Shown here: piece after piece, positions 52,211 to 61,430 of the stretch
Layout: the number at the start of each line of letters is the position of its first letter
Numbering within the stretch: the first letter of the stretch is position 1
Source: Nitrospirales bacterium
GTDB taxonomy: Bacteria; Nitrospirota; Nitrospiria; Nitrospirales; UBA8639
Reading direction: 5' to 3'
NCBI GenBank assembly: GCA_963422365.1
Contig: OY729426.1
Span: 2,112,001 to 2,176,000 of the forward strand
DNA length: 64,000 bases
Notes under the pieces: model-generated
What the model saw: the letters and a program-made list of their open reading frames with translations, nothing else
Database searches by the model: none
What the model was told of the DNA's origin: nothing
Made by a program: the position numbers and the translations under genes

Positions 52211-52381
52211 GTGGCAGAAGTGAAAATTGAAGATGGAATACTCAAGGTTACTGAACTGGATGTCCAAGATCCTCGGATTGTGAAAATTTTAGAGGAATAC
52301 CCACCCAACCGTTGGTGTGAAATTACGCGCAGAGCGATTAAAATCGGACTTGGGTATTTGCAGGGAGGAGCTCAAGACTAA
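52211..52381 (+). CDS. 56-aa hypothetical protein (not in ORF track)
   Basis: AAGGAGGAG SD plus GTG; MAEVKIEDGILKVTELDVQDPRIVKILEEYPPNRWCEITRRAIKIGLGYLQGGAQD. Confidence 0.75.
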   Translation: MAEVKIEDGILKVTELDVQDPRIVKILEEYPPNRWCEITRRAIKIGLGYLQGGAQD

Positions 52382-52413
52382 AACCTCACCAAACCCATTG
52401 CCAATGCTCTGAA

Positions 52414-54087
52414 ATGAGAGACCCCTCGTCAAACCTCATTTCAACATCAAGATCTTCTCAAAAGGATGAGACGCTAAACAACCCACCACACAGACCGGAA
52501 AGCCAGAGTCCTCACAAGATGTCACTGCAACTCGAAATCGAAACAAGACTGACACCACCGGATCGCCGACAGCTCCAGGAGCGAGGGATTTCCCTCCAGA
52601 TGATCGAACAACAACTTGCCACGTTTCAACGCGGGATTCCCTTTGTAAAGCTAAAAAGACCATGTCGTCTCAACGACGGGATTCGCTGCCTCAGTTCGTC
52701 AGACTTGGCAGCCGTGACACGAGACTTCGAACGAGCCAAGGCCGCCGGCCGTGCCACAAAGTTCGTGCCGGCTTCCGGTGTTGGCACGCGAATGTTTAAG
52801 ACCCTCGCGGCTTTTTGTCTTCAGAGAAAATCCAGCCAGCTTGCCACAGCAGCACAACAGGATCTGGAGCGATTTTTTTCCAGTCTTCCGAAGTTTGCCT
52901 TTTACCACGACCTGAAAAAGGCGCTCTTACGTCAGGGGCACCAACTTGACCAATTAATGAGGGAAAGCAATTATCACTCCATCATCAATGCCCTTCTCTA
53001 CTCACCAGGGCTGCACTATGCCGAGCTGCCTAAGGGACTGCTCGCATTCCACAGATATTCCACCACAACGCGAACACCGATCGAAGAACATTTGGTGGAA
53101 GCCGCCGACTATGCCCAAGATGACAAAGGCTATGCTCGCATCCATTTTACGGTTTCACCAGACCATCAACAGGCTATCCAACATCATATCGAGCAAGTCC
53201 GTCATAGGCTTCCTCTGCATACCGTCACATGGCTCATCAACTGTTCCGTTCAAAAACCCTCAACGGATACCATAGCGGTTGCCATGGGCAACAACCCGTT
53301 TCATGATGCCCAAGGCAATCTCCTATTCAGGCCAGCCGGCCATGGAGCGTTACTCTCGAATCTTCACGAACTCCAAGGCGACATTGTCTTTATCAACAAC
53401 ATCGATAATGTTGTCCCCGACCATCTGAAGGAGACGCCCTCTCAATATAAAAAGGCGCTTGGTGGGCTCCTCGTCAGTTTGCAAGACACCGTGTTTTCAT
53501 TTTTGACTCAACTCGAATCCGACACTGCGTCATCGGCTTCCCTCAAGCAAATAACGGAATGGTCCCGCCGTTCGCTTGCACTGACCTTACCTCAGGAATG
53601 GCGATCACGCACCAACTCACAAAAAGCACAGTGGCTTTTCAAATGGTTGAACCGGCCCCTCCGAGTCTGCGGCATGGTCCCCACCATGAACAATCCAGGC
53701 GGTGGGCCTTTCTGGATAGAACAGAAGGAGGGCACCACCTCGTTGCAAATCGTGGAATCCTCGCAGATCGATCCCGCTTCTCCAACCCAACAAAACATCT
53801 TGACGTCAGCAACCCACTTCAACCCAGTGGATATCGTTTGTGGGGTTCGAAATTATCAAGGGAATCCATTCAATCTTCATCAATTCGTCGATCCCCAGAC
53901 GGGATTTATTGCAAAAAAATCCCACGAAGGAAGAGACTTGAAAGCCTTGGAACTACCCGGCCTCTGGAACGGAAGCATGGCCAAATGGCATTCCGTGTTT
54001 GTCGAAGTACCCCGCCATACGTTCAATCCGGTCAAAACCGTCTTAGACTTACTCTTACCTGCGCATCAACCCCCGGAACACTCCTGA
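52414..54087 (+). CDS. DUF4301 family protein (nucleotidyltransferase-like)
   Basis: KFVPASG..TRMFK, LPKGL, FRPAGHGALL, NIDNV, GGGPFW, THFNPVD, LELPGLWNG, FNPVKTV. Confidence 0.9.
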   Translation: MRDPSSNLISTSRSSQKDETLNNPPHRPESQSPHKMSLQLEIETRLTPPDRRQLQERGISLQMIEQQLATFQRGIPFVKLKRPCRLNDGIRCLSSSDLAAVTRDFERAKAAGRATKFVPASGVGTRMFKTLAAFCLQRKSSQLATAAQQDLERFFSSLPKFAFYHDLKKALLRQGHQLDQLMRESNYHSIINALLYSPGLHYAELPKGLLAFHRYSTTTRTPIEEHLVEAADYAQDDKGYARIHFTVSPDHQQAIQHHIEQVRHRLPLHTVTWLINCSVQKPSTDTIAVAMGNNPFHDAQGNLLFRPAGHGALLSNLHELQGDIVFINNIDNVVPDHLKETPSQYKKALGGLLVSLQDTVFSFLTQLESDTASSASLKQITEWSRRSLALTLPQEWRSRTNSQKAQWLFKWLNRPLRVCGMVPTMNNPGGGPFWIEQKEGTTSLQIVESSQIDPASPTQQNILTSATHFNPVDIVCGVRNYQGNPFNLHQFVDPQTGFIAKKSHEGRDLKALELPGLWNGSMAKWHSVFVEVPRHTFNPVKTVLDLLLPAHQPPEHS

Positions 54088-54194
54088 CAAAAGAATCTTG
54101 CACCATCCGTCAGACCTACGCATAATGCACCCATTATCGTTTGTGAATTCACACATTTTTCCTCCCACGATTGACTTGTTACGAGGGTTCATCC

Positions 54195-56081
54195 ATGGCC
54201 GAACAAATTGAAACCTTATTGAAAACGTCGACCGTGTACCGTCCAACGGGTCAAACTCTGGAACAGGCGTATATCAAGGACTATGAAGCCGCTTACAAGG
54301 AGTCGATCGCGGATCCTGAAAAATTCTGGGACGGAATTGCCAAGGAACTTGAATGGTTCGCTCCATGGAATACAGTGCTGGAATGGAACTACCCATGGGC
54401 CAAATGGTTTTTAGGAGGGCGCTGTAATATTTCTTATAACTGTTTGGATCGTCACGTGAACTCGTGGCGAAGAAACAAAGTCGCGGTGATTTGGGTCGGC
54501 GAGCACAACGAAGAACGGATTTTCACCTATGCCGAGTTGTACCGCCAAGTCAATCGCTGCGCCAATGCCCTCAAAGCCCTTGGAATGAAAAAAGGTGATC
54601 GCGTCACGATTTATCTTCCAAAAATTCCAGAACAAATTGTCGCCATGCTGGCCTGCGCACGGCTCGGCCTGATTCATTCCGTGGTCTATTCAGGCTTCAG
54701 TGCACCCGCGCTGGAATCTCGAATCAAAGATGCTGAAGCCCGGCTCATCATCACGGCGGACTATGGATACGATCGCGGCAAACGCATTCCTCTTAAAACC
54801 GTGGTGGATGACGCGATTGCACACTGTCCGACCATAGAGAAGACGATTGTGGTGCGACGAGAACAACCCGGCCTTGACTTGGATACTCACAAAGCACTCG
54901 ATTGGAATGACTGGCTCAACGGACAATCAACGACCTGTGAAGCAGCGCATCTCGACGCCGAAACTCCCCTCTATTTTCTCTACACCTCAGGAACCACGGG
55001 CAAACCCAAAGGGGTGGTCCATGTACACGGCGGGTATATGGTTGGAACCTACATCACCACGAAATACGTTTTCGATCTGAAAGACGAAGACGTGTATTTT
55101 TGTGTGGCCGACCCGGGCTGGGTCACGGGGCACAGTTATATCGTGTATGGCCCGCTTCTTAATGGTGCCACCATTCTCACGGCTGAAGGCAAGCCCGACT
55201 ACCCCACCCCAGGCCGCTGGTGGGATCTCATCGAAAAATACGGCGTGTCGATTTTCTATACCACCCCAACGGCGATTCGCCTCCTCATGAAGTACGGTGA
55301 AGACTGGCCCAAGAAATATAACCTTTCCACCCTGCGCGTCTTGGGCTCAGTAGGCGAACCCATTAATCCCGAAGCATGGGAATGGTTTCACCGTGTCACC
55401 GGTGGTGACAAACCGATTATGGATACCTGGTGGCAAACGGAGACCGGATCGATTCTGGTTACTCCCCTCCCCTGCGTCCCGCTTAAACCAGGGTCTGCCA
55501 CACGCCCATTTTTAGGCATCGAGGCAGACGTGGTGGACAAGAGTGGTCATAGTATCGGCACCGGTGGAGGGTTCGCAGTCATTAAAAAACCTTGGCCTTC
55601 CATGATGCGGACAATCCACAAAGATCCTGATCGCTACTTGAGCTACTGGAATAACATCCCCGGCTGTTACACCGCAGGTGATGTCTGTCACAAAGATGAA
55701 GATGGCTATTTCTGGTTCATGGGCCGAGCCGACGATGTAGTGAAAGTCGCAGGCAATCGTATCGGCACCGCCGAGGTGGAGAGCGCGCTCGTCAGTCATG
55801 ACGCGGTGGTCGAAGCAGCAGTCATCGGGAAACCGCATAAAACCGCAGGTGAGATGATTAAAGCCTTCGTCATCCTGAAACAAGGGCAAAGCGAACGTGC
55901 GGAACTGGTCAAAACCCTCAAAGCTCACGTCCAAGCGGAGTTAGGTACAATCGCGGTCCCTCGAGAGATCGAAGTGGTGACCTCGCTTCCCAAAACCCGT
56001 TCGGGTAAAATCATGCGCCGCGTCCTGAAAGCCAAAGAACTCGGACAAGACCCTGGGGATATTTCGACCTTGGAAGAATGA
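54195..56081 (+). CDS. acs: Acetyl-CoA synthetase
   Basis: YTSGTTGKPKG, DTWWQTETG, LPKTRSGKIMRR. Confidence 0.97.
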   Translation: MAEQIETLLKTSTVYRPTGQTLEQAYIKDYEAAYKESIADPEKFWDGIAKELEWFAPWNTVLEWNYPWAKWFLGGRCNISYNCLDRHVNSWRRNKVAVIWVGEHNEERIFTYAELYRQVNRCANALKALGMKKGDRVTIYLPKIPEQIVAMLACARLGLIHSVVYSGFSAPALESRIKDAEARLIITADYGYDRGKRIPLKTVVDDAIAHCPTIEKTIVVRREQPGLDLDTHKALDWNDWLNGQSTTCEAAHLDAETPLYFLYTSGTTGKPKGVVHVHGGYMVGTYITTKYVFDLKDEDVYFCVADPGWVTGHSYIVYGPLLNGATILTAEGKPDYPTPGRWWDLIEKYGVSIFYTTPTAIRLLMKYGEDWPKKYNLSTLRVLGSVGEPINPEAWEWFHRVTGGDKPIMDTWWQTETGSILVTPLPCVPLKPGSATRPFLGIEADVVDKSGHSIGTGGGFAVIKKPWPSMMRTIHKDPDRYLSYWNNIPGCYTAGDVCHKDEDGYFWFMGRADDVVKVAGNRIGTAEVESALVSHDAVVEAAVIGKPHKTAGEMIKAFVILKQGQSERAELVKTLKAHVQAELGTIAVPREIEVVTSLPKTRSGKIMRRVLKAKELGQDPGDISTLEE

Positions 56082-56137
56082 ATGACCGGGGGCGGTCCGA
56101 GATGCTTCGGCTGTGTTGACATTCTAAAACTGTCCTT

Positions 56138-56165
56138 CGTCATTCCGGCGGAAGCCGGAATCCAG
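56138..56165. repeat. REP-like palindrome (GTCATTCC family)
   Basis: CGTCATTCCGGCGGAAGCCGGAATCCAG. Confidence 0.75.
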
Positions 56166-56243
56166 GACACCGGCACGGCATGCACAGCCGTCGGGGGGTC
56201 TGTTTTTGTCTCGGCACCGTCGGATGACGCCTGTCCGATATAT

Positions 56244-56296
56244 ATAGCGGCGACATCTCATGACGCTTGTCTTGGCCGCATAAGATGCGGCCCTAC
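56244..56296. repeat. Inverted pair of GTAG-type REP units
   Basis: ATAGCGGCGACATCTCATGACGC ... GGCCGCATAAGATGCGGCCCTAC. Confidence 0.75.
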
Positions 56297-56312
56297 TTGA
56301 GGAGCCATTTTG

Positions 56313-57986
56313 CTAAAGAGTCTCGAAAATCTCCCGATATTGCCGAACCGCCATCTTCCACGAAAACTTATCCAGCATCTGAAACCCGTTCATGATCATG
56401 TTTGCGTACTTCATCTGGTCGGTTTCGTAAAGTTCTATGGCATCTTGTAGAGCTATTGCGGCTTGCTCAACCATCGATTGAAATACGACCATTGACAAAC
56501 GCTCGGCGACCCGATCGCCTTGAGGCCCATACTCACAATCCAGAATTTGTTTCCATCCGTTTTCTATTTCTTTCGCTTCCAATGTCGGTTCACGGTAGAG
56601 AAACCCAGTTGGCGGGTCCGAAGCCTGATGGTACGGCCGACTGAGTTTTTTAACACAGCCGGTCAAGGATTGAGCAGGATAGGGAACAATTTGCTGCACC
56701 AGCCCGCCCGTGGCACGAGCCACCACCGGCGTACCCACTGCATAGCCCTCGATGGCACCCCCAAAGGGTTCATAGAACGAACACATCACCATAAAGGACG
56801 CCCCTCGTTGCAATTCCCGATAGCCTTGAGCCATTCGAAATGGGAAAACCGTGACTTCCCCATTCCGTTCTTCGGCTAACCTCTTGAGAAACACTAATCC
56901 CTCTACTCCTTCATCACCGGGGATAGGGGTAAAAATATAACGGGCACGACCTGCAGGGATACGTCGAATGGCTGCCGCAGCCACATCATACCCTTTTTGT
57001 CGTGGATCATCCCGGCCAAAAAACAAAAAGACGGGTCCTGTAAACTCCGTAAAGTCCACACAGCCCCAGGCTCGAGGTGGCACCTTGTCTTTTAATTTTT
57101 CGATCATCTCCTGACGTCGTTTGGTTTTTTCTTTGAGGATCTGACGATTGTTACCTTGAGCGGCTTGGTCTCTGGCGTTTTGAGGAAAATCGAGTTGACT
57201 GAACATGCCATTATTAATTCCACGGACTGTGCGTGTTCGAAATATTTTTTGTAGATGCGGAGCAAAGATTTTCCGCTGAACCGGGTCATGTTCCAACTCA
57301 TAGGCAAAATGTTGAGAGACTGTGCAAATAGGGCCATCCAAAAACGCGGCCATTTTCGACAGAACCGTCTGACCTGAAACACGATGGGATGCAAGAACTT
57401 TCAAGTCTTGATCTGACACGTCCCTGTCATATGAATTATGTAACGTGAGCAGACAAGAGACGGACACCAAGCACTCCTCTTGTTTGGCCGTCATCGCGAC
57501 ACAGGCGGTCTCCCAATCTTGGAGACACAAAATGAGATCCTTTGTGAATTGGAGTTCGACTAATGCCTTCGGGACGGCAGCGCAGAAAAACAGGGAATCA
57601 TTCAGAAGCTGTGAAGGATTTGACGGATCACAATAGGGGTTGCATGGAGCGTTGAGGCTTGACGGGTCACCACAATCGCATGGCGCATTAAAAAAATCAG
57701 GCGCATCGAGTAAATACGTCCGAAACCCTTGCTTATCTTCGTGCTGAAATACCTCAATTGTATATGTGTCTTTGCCGAATTCGAGGAAAAAGGTGATTCC
57801 AGTCGAATGAATCGATTCCATGGTTTTGGGTCGACACTTCGTGATTTCTCGAAAAAACGGGGTCATGGTGACGCACCGACCGCTCCATTCTTCAGCCATA
57901 CGTTTAGGCAATAACCGCATGACAGCCGCAAGGCCGCCAAGGGGAGCAAATTCGCTTTCAAATGTCACGAATACCGTGGTTTTCAT
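56313..57986 (-). CDS. Glycogen/starch synthase-like GT5 glycosyltransferase (divergent)
   Basis: GGL near the N-terminus, QDWET, TLHN, TVS, GR..QKG, SFYEPFG, ATGGL. Confidence 0.85.
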   Translation of the reverse strand: MKTTVFVTFESEFAPLGGLAAVMRLLPKRMAEEWSGRCVTMTPFFREITKCRPKTMESIHSTGITFFLEFGKDTYTIEVFQHEDKQGFRTYLLDAPDFFNAPCDCGDPSSLNAPCNPYCDPSNPSQLLNDSLFFCAAVPKALVELQFTKDLILCLQDWETACVAMTAKQEECLVSVSCLLTLHNSYDRDVSDQDLKVLASHRVSGQTVLSKMAAFLDGPICTVSQHFAYELEHDPVQRKIFAPHLQKIFRTRTVRGINNGMFSQLDFPQNARDQAAQGNNRQILKEKTKRRQEMIEKLKDKVPPRAWGCVDFTEFTGPVFLFFGRDDPRQKGYDVAAAAIRRIPAGRARYIFTPIPGDEGVEGLVFLKRLAEERNGEVTVFPFRMAQGYRELQRGASFMVMCSFYEPFGGAIEGYAVGTPVVARATGGLVQQIVPYPAQSLTGCVKKLSRPYHQASDPPTGFLYREPTLEAKEIENGWKQILDCEYGPQGDRVAERLSMVVFQSMVEQAAIALQDAIELYETDQMKYANMIMNGFQMLDKFSWKMAVRQYREIFETL

Positions 57987-58218
57987 AAAAGCAACGTACT
58001 AATGATCCAAAAAATAGGGCAGCCGTTGGCTTCTACCCGCTTTAAACACGTCACGATTGCGGAAAACTTCGAAAACCGGGAGCGCATCTCAAAAGGCACA
58101 ACAGACTTGCTTGAGATTTGGCTCACGAATTGAAGGAGAGAAATGAACGATGAAGAGGGGGGTAGGGGCAGACCGCACTGAGACCTTCTCTTCGAGCAAG
58201 ACCGCCTTGAAATCTATT

Positions 58219-59301
58219 CTACTGCTGCACAAAATGCGCACGGCGATTTTTTTGCCAGCAACGCGGTTTGGATTCCGTACAAAATGGCTTTTCTTTCCCA
58301 TAGCTGACAATTTGAATTCTGGATTCTTGGACTCCCAGATCAATTAAATAATCTTTCACGGCTTGGGCCCGACGTTTCCCTAATTCCAAGTTGTAATCTA
58401 CAGACCCACGTTCGTCACAATGTCCTTCGATAAGCACGCTGGAATTTTCATAGGTATTCTTGAGGAGTTCGGCATTCTTTTCTAACACGGCTACGAAATG
58501 AGAACGAATCGCATATTGATCATAATCAAAAAAGATATCGGCTAACCCTGAATCCGTCACGTCCGTCACGTCCGTCATGTCCGTCACATCCGGAGCATCC
58601 GTCACATCCGGAGCATCCGTCACATCCGGAGCATCCGTCACGTCCGGAGCATCCGTCACGTCCGGAGCATCCGTCACGTCCGGAGCATCCTTAATGACGG
58701 CATTTCCTTCCTCCTGATCCGTTACAGGCACTTCAGGAACAAAATCGGAAGGATCGAGCTGGGCGATCTGCACCTCTTGCACGCTCTCCTCTTTTTTACG
58801 CTCAAGCAAAGTTTGAGAAGGTGGCTCGGGGACATAAACCAATGCAGGGCCACGCCCCCCTCGTGCTTGCGGAGGTGATTCCAGAACATAGTCCGATGCA
58901 GGGCCACGGCTCCCACGTGGAAATTCCATAGGCACTTCCGGTGGAACCCGAGTTGGACGAGTAGGAGCAACCGCCGTCACGTCAGAACCAGTTTCGAGAC
59001 TTGTCATCTCGAACTCATCGCTAGGAGGTAATGCCGGACTTGGGGGTAGTTCTGGAATAAAGGTGAATGTTTCTGCCAATTTCATTGATTCTTGGCTGAC
59101 GGGTTGGCTCTCGAGTGGAATACCATTCTGGTCACTCTCCATATCTGTTTCTGTATCAGTAGTAGCCGAAATTTGAGTCTGAGCGCCTAAATTTTCCGTG
59201 CTCATGATTGCAGCATGTTTCGATGTCTCACATGCCGATAACGTCACCAGAAGACATGTGGCAACAAAAATAAGGGCAATAAAATCCTTTACCATTGCCA
59301 T
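58219..59301 (-). CDS. Pal/OmpA-family lipoprotein with a long acidic Pro-rich linker
   Basis: LSAC lipobox; IFFDYD, IEGHCDERGSVDYNLELGKRRA, SYGKEKP, NRRA. Confidence 0.92.
   Translation of the reverse strand: MAMVKDFIALIFVATCLLVTLSACETSKHAAIMSTENLGAQTQISATTDTETDMESDQNGIPLESQPVSQESMKLAETFTFIPELPPSPALPPSDEFEMTSLETGSDVTAVAPTRPTRVPPEVPMEFPRGSRGPASDYVLESPPQARGGRGPALVYVPEPPSQTLLERKKEESVQEVQIAQLDPSDFVPEVPVTDQEEGNAVIKDAPDVTDAPDVTDAPDVTDAPDVTDAPDVTDAPDVTDMTDVTDVTDSGLADIFFDYDQYAIRSHFVAVLEKNAELLKNTYENSSVLIEGHCDERGSVDYNLELGKRRAQAVKDYLIDLGVQESRIQIVSYGKEKPFCTESKPRCWQKNRRAHFVQQ
58552..58690. repeat. Coding tandem repeat: 15 x 9-bp units, including 6 x 18-bp (DAPDVT)
   Basis: RTCCGTCAY and RTCCGGAGC units read directly from the sequence. 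Confidence 0.95.
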
Positions 59302-59665
59302 ATAAGAAATCTCCTTTCACCGTACTCTCTTCACTGGCACAAATTGATAGAGAAACTCGAAATTGTCGAGTCTTTCATCTGTTTCCACTTACTGAAAAAT
59401 ACCTGAAAAAGTTATTGATAACAAATAGAAAAATAGAAATTTGGTCCTGCTTCAAGACTTACAGACATATTTTTTAGTAATTTAGCAAACTTGTCAATGA
59501 AAATCACGTATTCTTTCTTATTTTCTCCTACGCCTTTGGCTCACCTTGACGAACATTTATCCGGCCCGTATGATTTTTTGTCCTGCCGTGCCTTGTATCC
59601 CGACACGAGACTTGGTTCATGTTTTGGCTCTGGGAAAGACCAGATTCTCTCCCCTCTGTGGCTTC

Positions 59666-60601
59666 ATGATTAGAGTCCAACACGTTTCAAAGCACTATGG
59701 AAACCACACAGCCCTTGATGACGTGACGTTTCGCGTCAAAAAGGGCGAAATCTTGGCTTTCCTTGGTCCAAACGGTGCTGGGAAAACCACCACGATGCGC
59801 ATTTTGACCTGTTTCATGCCCCCAAGTGCAGGCATGGCAAAGGTCGCAGGCTTTGATTGTCTGGATCAACCAATGGAAGTCAAACGGCACCTCGGCTATT
59901 TACCCGAAACCCCTCCTCTCTATCCGGAACTCACTGTTGATGAATATTTAACCTTCGTTGGTCGGTTAAAGAGAGTAACTCCTCAGCGTTTGGCTGCACG
60001 AAAGGCCCATGTGATTGATCAAGTCGGATTGGGCTCCGTGCATCGCCGCGTGATTGGCCATCTGTCCAGGGGCTATCGGCAGAGGGTAGGTCTAGCTCAG
60101 GCCCTGATTCACGATCCACCGGTTCTGATCCTGGATGAGCCTACCGTAGGGCTTGATCCCAAACAAATCATTGAAATACGAACACTCATTCAAAGTCTCG
60201 CAGGATCACATACCATAATCCTGAGTACCCATATTCTCTCCGAGGCCATGGCAATCTGTGATCGCGCCGTGATTATTCACCGAGGTCGCATTGTCGCAGA
60301 GGATGCTCCCGATCAGCTATCCAGCCGGTTGCGCCAATCTGAGAAAATGAGCCTCACGGTCAAACAACCCCTGCCTGATTGGCAAGAACGTCTCAAAACT
60401 CTTCCCGGCGTGCTCAACGTCTTTCCGACCACCACACCCCATACCTGTACGATCGACTGTCAACTGGGACAGGACTTCCGCGAGAAACTCTCCCGATTTG
60501 TCGTGAGTCAAGGGTACGGACTTCTCGAACTTAAACCCCTTTCCCTTTCCCTGGAAGAAGTCTTTCTCCAACTCACTCAACAGGAGGAGGCGCAGGGATG
60601 A
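59666..60601 (+). CDS. ABC transporter ATP-binding protein (GldA-like)
   Basis: GPNGAGKTT, LSRGYRQR, LDEPTVGLDP. Confidence 0.95.
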   Translation: MIRVQHVSKHYGNHTALDDVTFRVKKGEILAFLGPNGAGKTTTMRILTCFMPPSAGMAKVAGFDCLDQPMEVKRHLGYLPETPPLYPELTVDEYLTFVGRLKRVTPQRLAARKAHVIDQVGLGSVHRRVIGHLSRGYRQRVGLAQALIHDPPVLILDEPTVGLDPKQIIEIRTLIQSLAGSHTIILSTHILSEAMAICDRAVIIHRGRIVAEDAPDQLSSRLRQSEKMSLTVKQPLPDWQERLKTLPGVLNVFPTTTPHTCTIDCQLGQDFREKLSRFVVSQGYGLLELKPLSLSLEEVFLQLTQQEEAQG

Positions 60602-60659
60602 GCAAATCCAACCACCGAGACTCTTGTGTGCAACCAAGCCGAAGTGAAAGCCCGCCAGC

Positions 60660-61430
60660 ATGACCCCGTTTCAAACCATACTTGCCAAGGAATTACGGTG
60701 TTTTTTTGTGTCACCTATCTTTTATGTCATTGGAGCGGTCTTTCTTTTCATCTCTGGCTTTATCGCCCACCTCATGACGGTGAACGCAGGCCAACAAGCG
60801 GTTCGGTTTTTGCAAATCCAAAATACCTACGCCCAACTCAACCTGAATGAGTTGGTCTTCCGCTCACTGTTTTACAGTTTAGATTTCGTCCTCATGTTTC
60901 TCCTCCCAATTCTGACAATGCGGTTGTTTGCGGAAGAACGGAAATTGCTTACGTTTGAACTCCTGCTCACCTCGCCCGTCGGGATGAACGAACTTATTTC
61001 GGCCAAATACATCAGTGTGCTCTTAATCTATTTGGGACTTCTCTCCCTGACAGGCTTAACCCCCATTCTCTTGTCCTTTTATAGCAGCTTTCATTGGAAT
61101 CCTATTTTGACCGGTTACGTGGCGTTGGCCTTGCAGGGCGGCTTTTTCCTGGCCTGTGGCATCTTGGCCTCTGCCACGACTGAAAATCAGGTCATCGCAG
61201 CTTTTGTGAGTTTTGGGATTATTCTACTTATTTGGTTGCTAGGGGGGCTAGGTGCATTATTAGGCGATACAACGATCGGGAATGTCTTATCCTATTTGTC
61301 GTTCAGCGAACATTACGACCGACTCGTTCGCGGACTCCTGGATGCGAAAGATCTTGTGTATTACCTATCTGGCACCGTGCTGATGTTATTCATCGCACAT
61401 CGAGTCATTGATTCACACCGATGGCAATAA
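60660..61430 (+). CDS. ABC-2 permease (GldF-like)
   Basis: KELRCFFVSP, TMRLFAEER, TENQVIA; about six TM helices. Confidence 0.92.
   Translation: MTPFQTILAKELRCFFVSPIFYVIGAVFLFISGFIAHLMTVNAGQQAVRFLQIQNTYAQLNLNELVFRSLFYSLDFVLMFLLPILTMRLFAEERKLLTFELLLTSPVGMNELISAKYISVLLIYLGLLSLTGLTPILLSFYSSFHWNPILTGYVALALQGGFFLACGILASATTENQVIAAFVSFGIILLIWLLGGLGALLGDTTIGNVLSYLSFSEHYDRLVRGLLDAKDLVYYLSGTVLMLFIAHRVIDSHRWQ

Noticed and set aside
52186..52215. SAM-I riboswitch (ATCAAGA start)
   Set aside because: The rest of the consensus is absent; the sequence is the SD of the small ORF.
58552..58690. CRISPR array
   Set aside because: The units are contiguous 9/18-bp repeats without spacers and are in frame within a CDS.
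59490..59515. Fur box in the AT-rich divergent promoter region
   Set aside because: Only a partial match (AATGAAAATCA) in AT-rich DNA.
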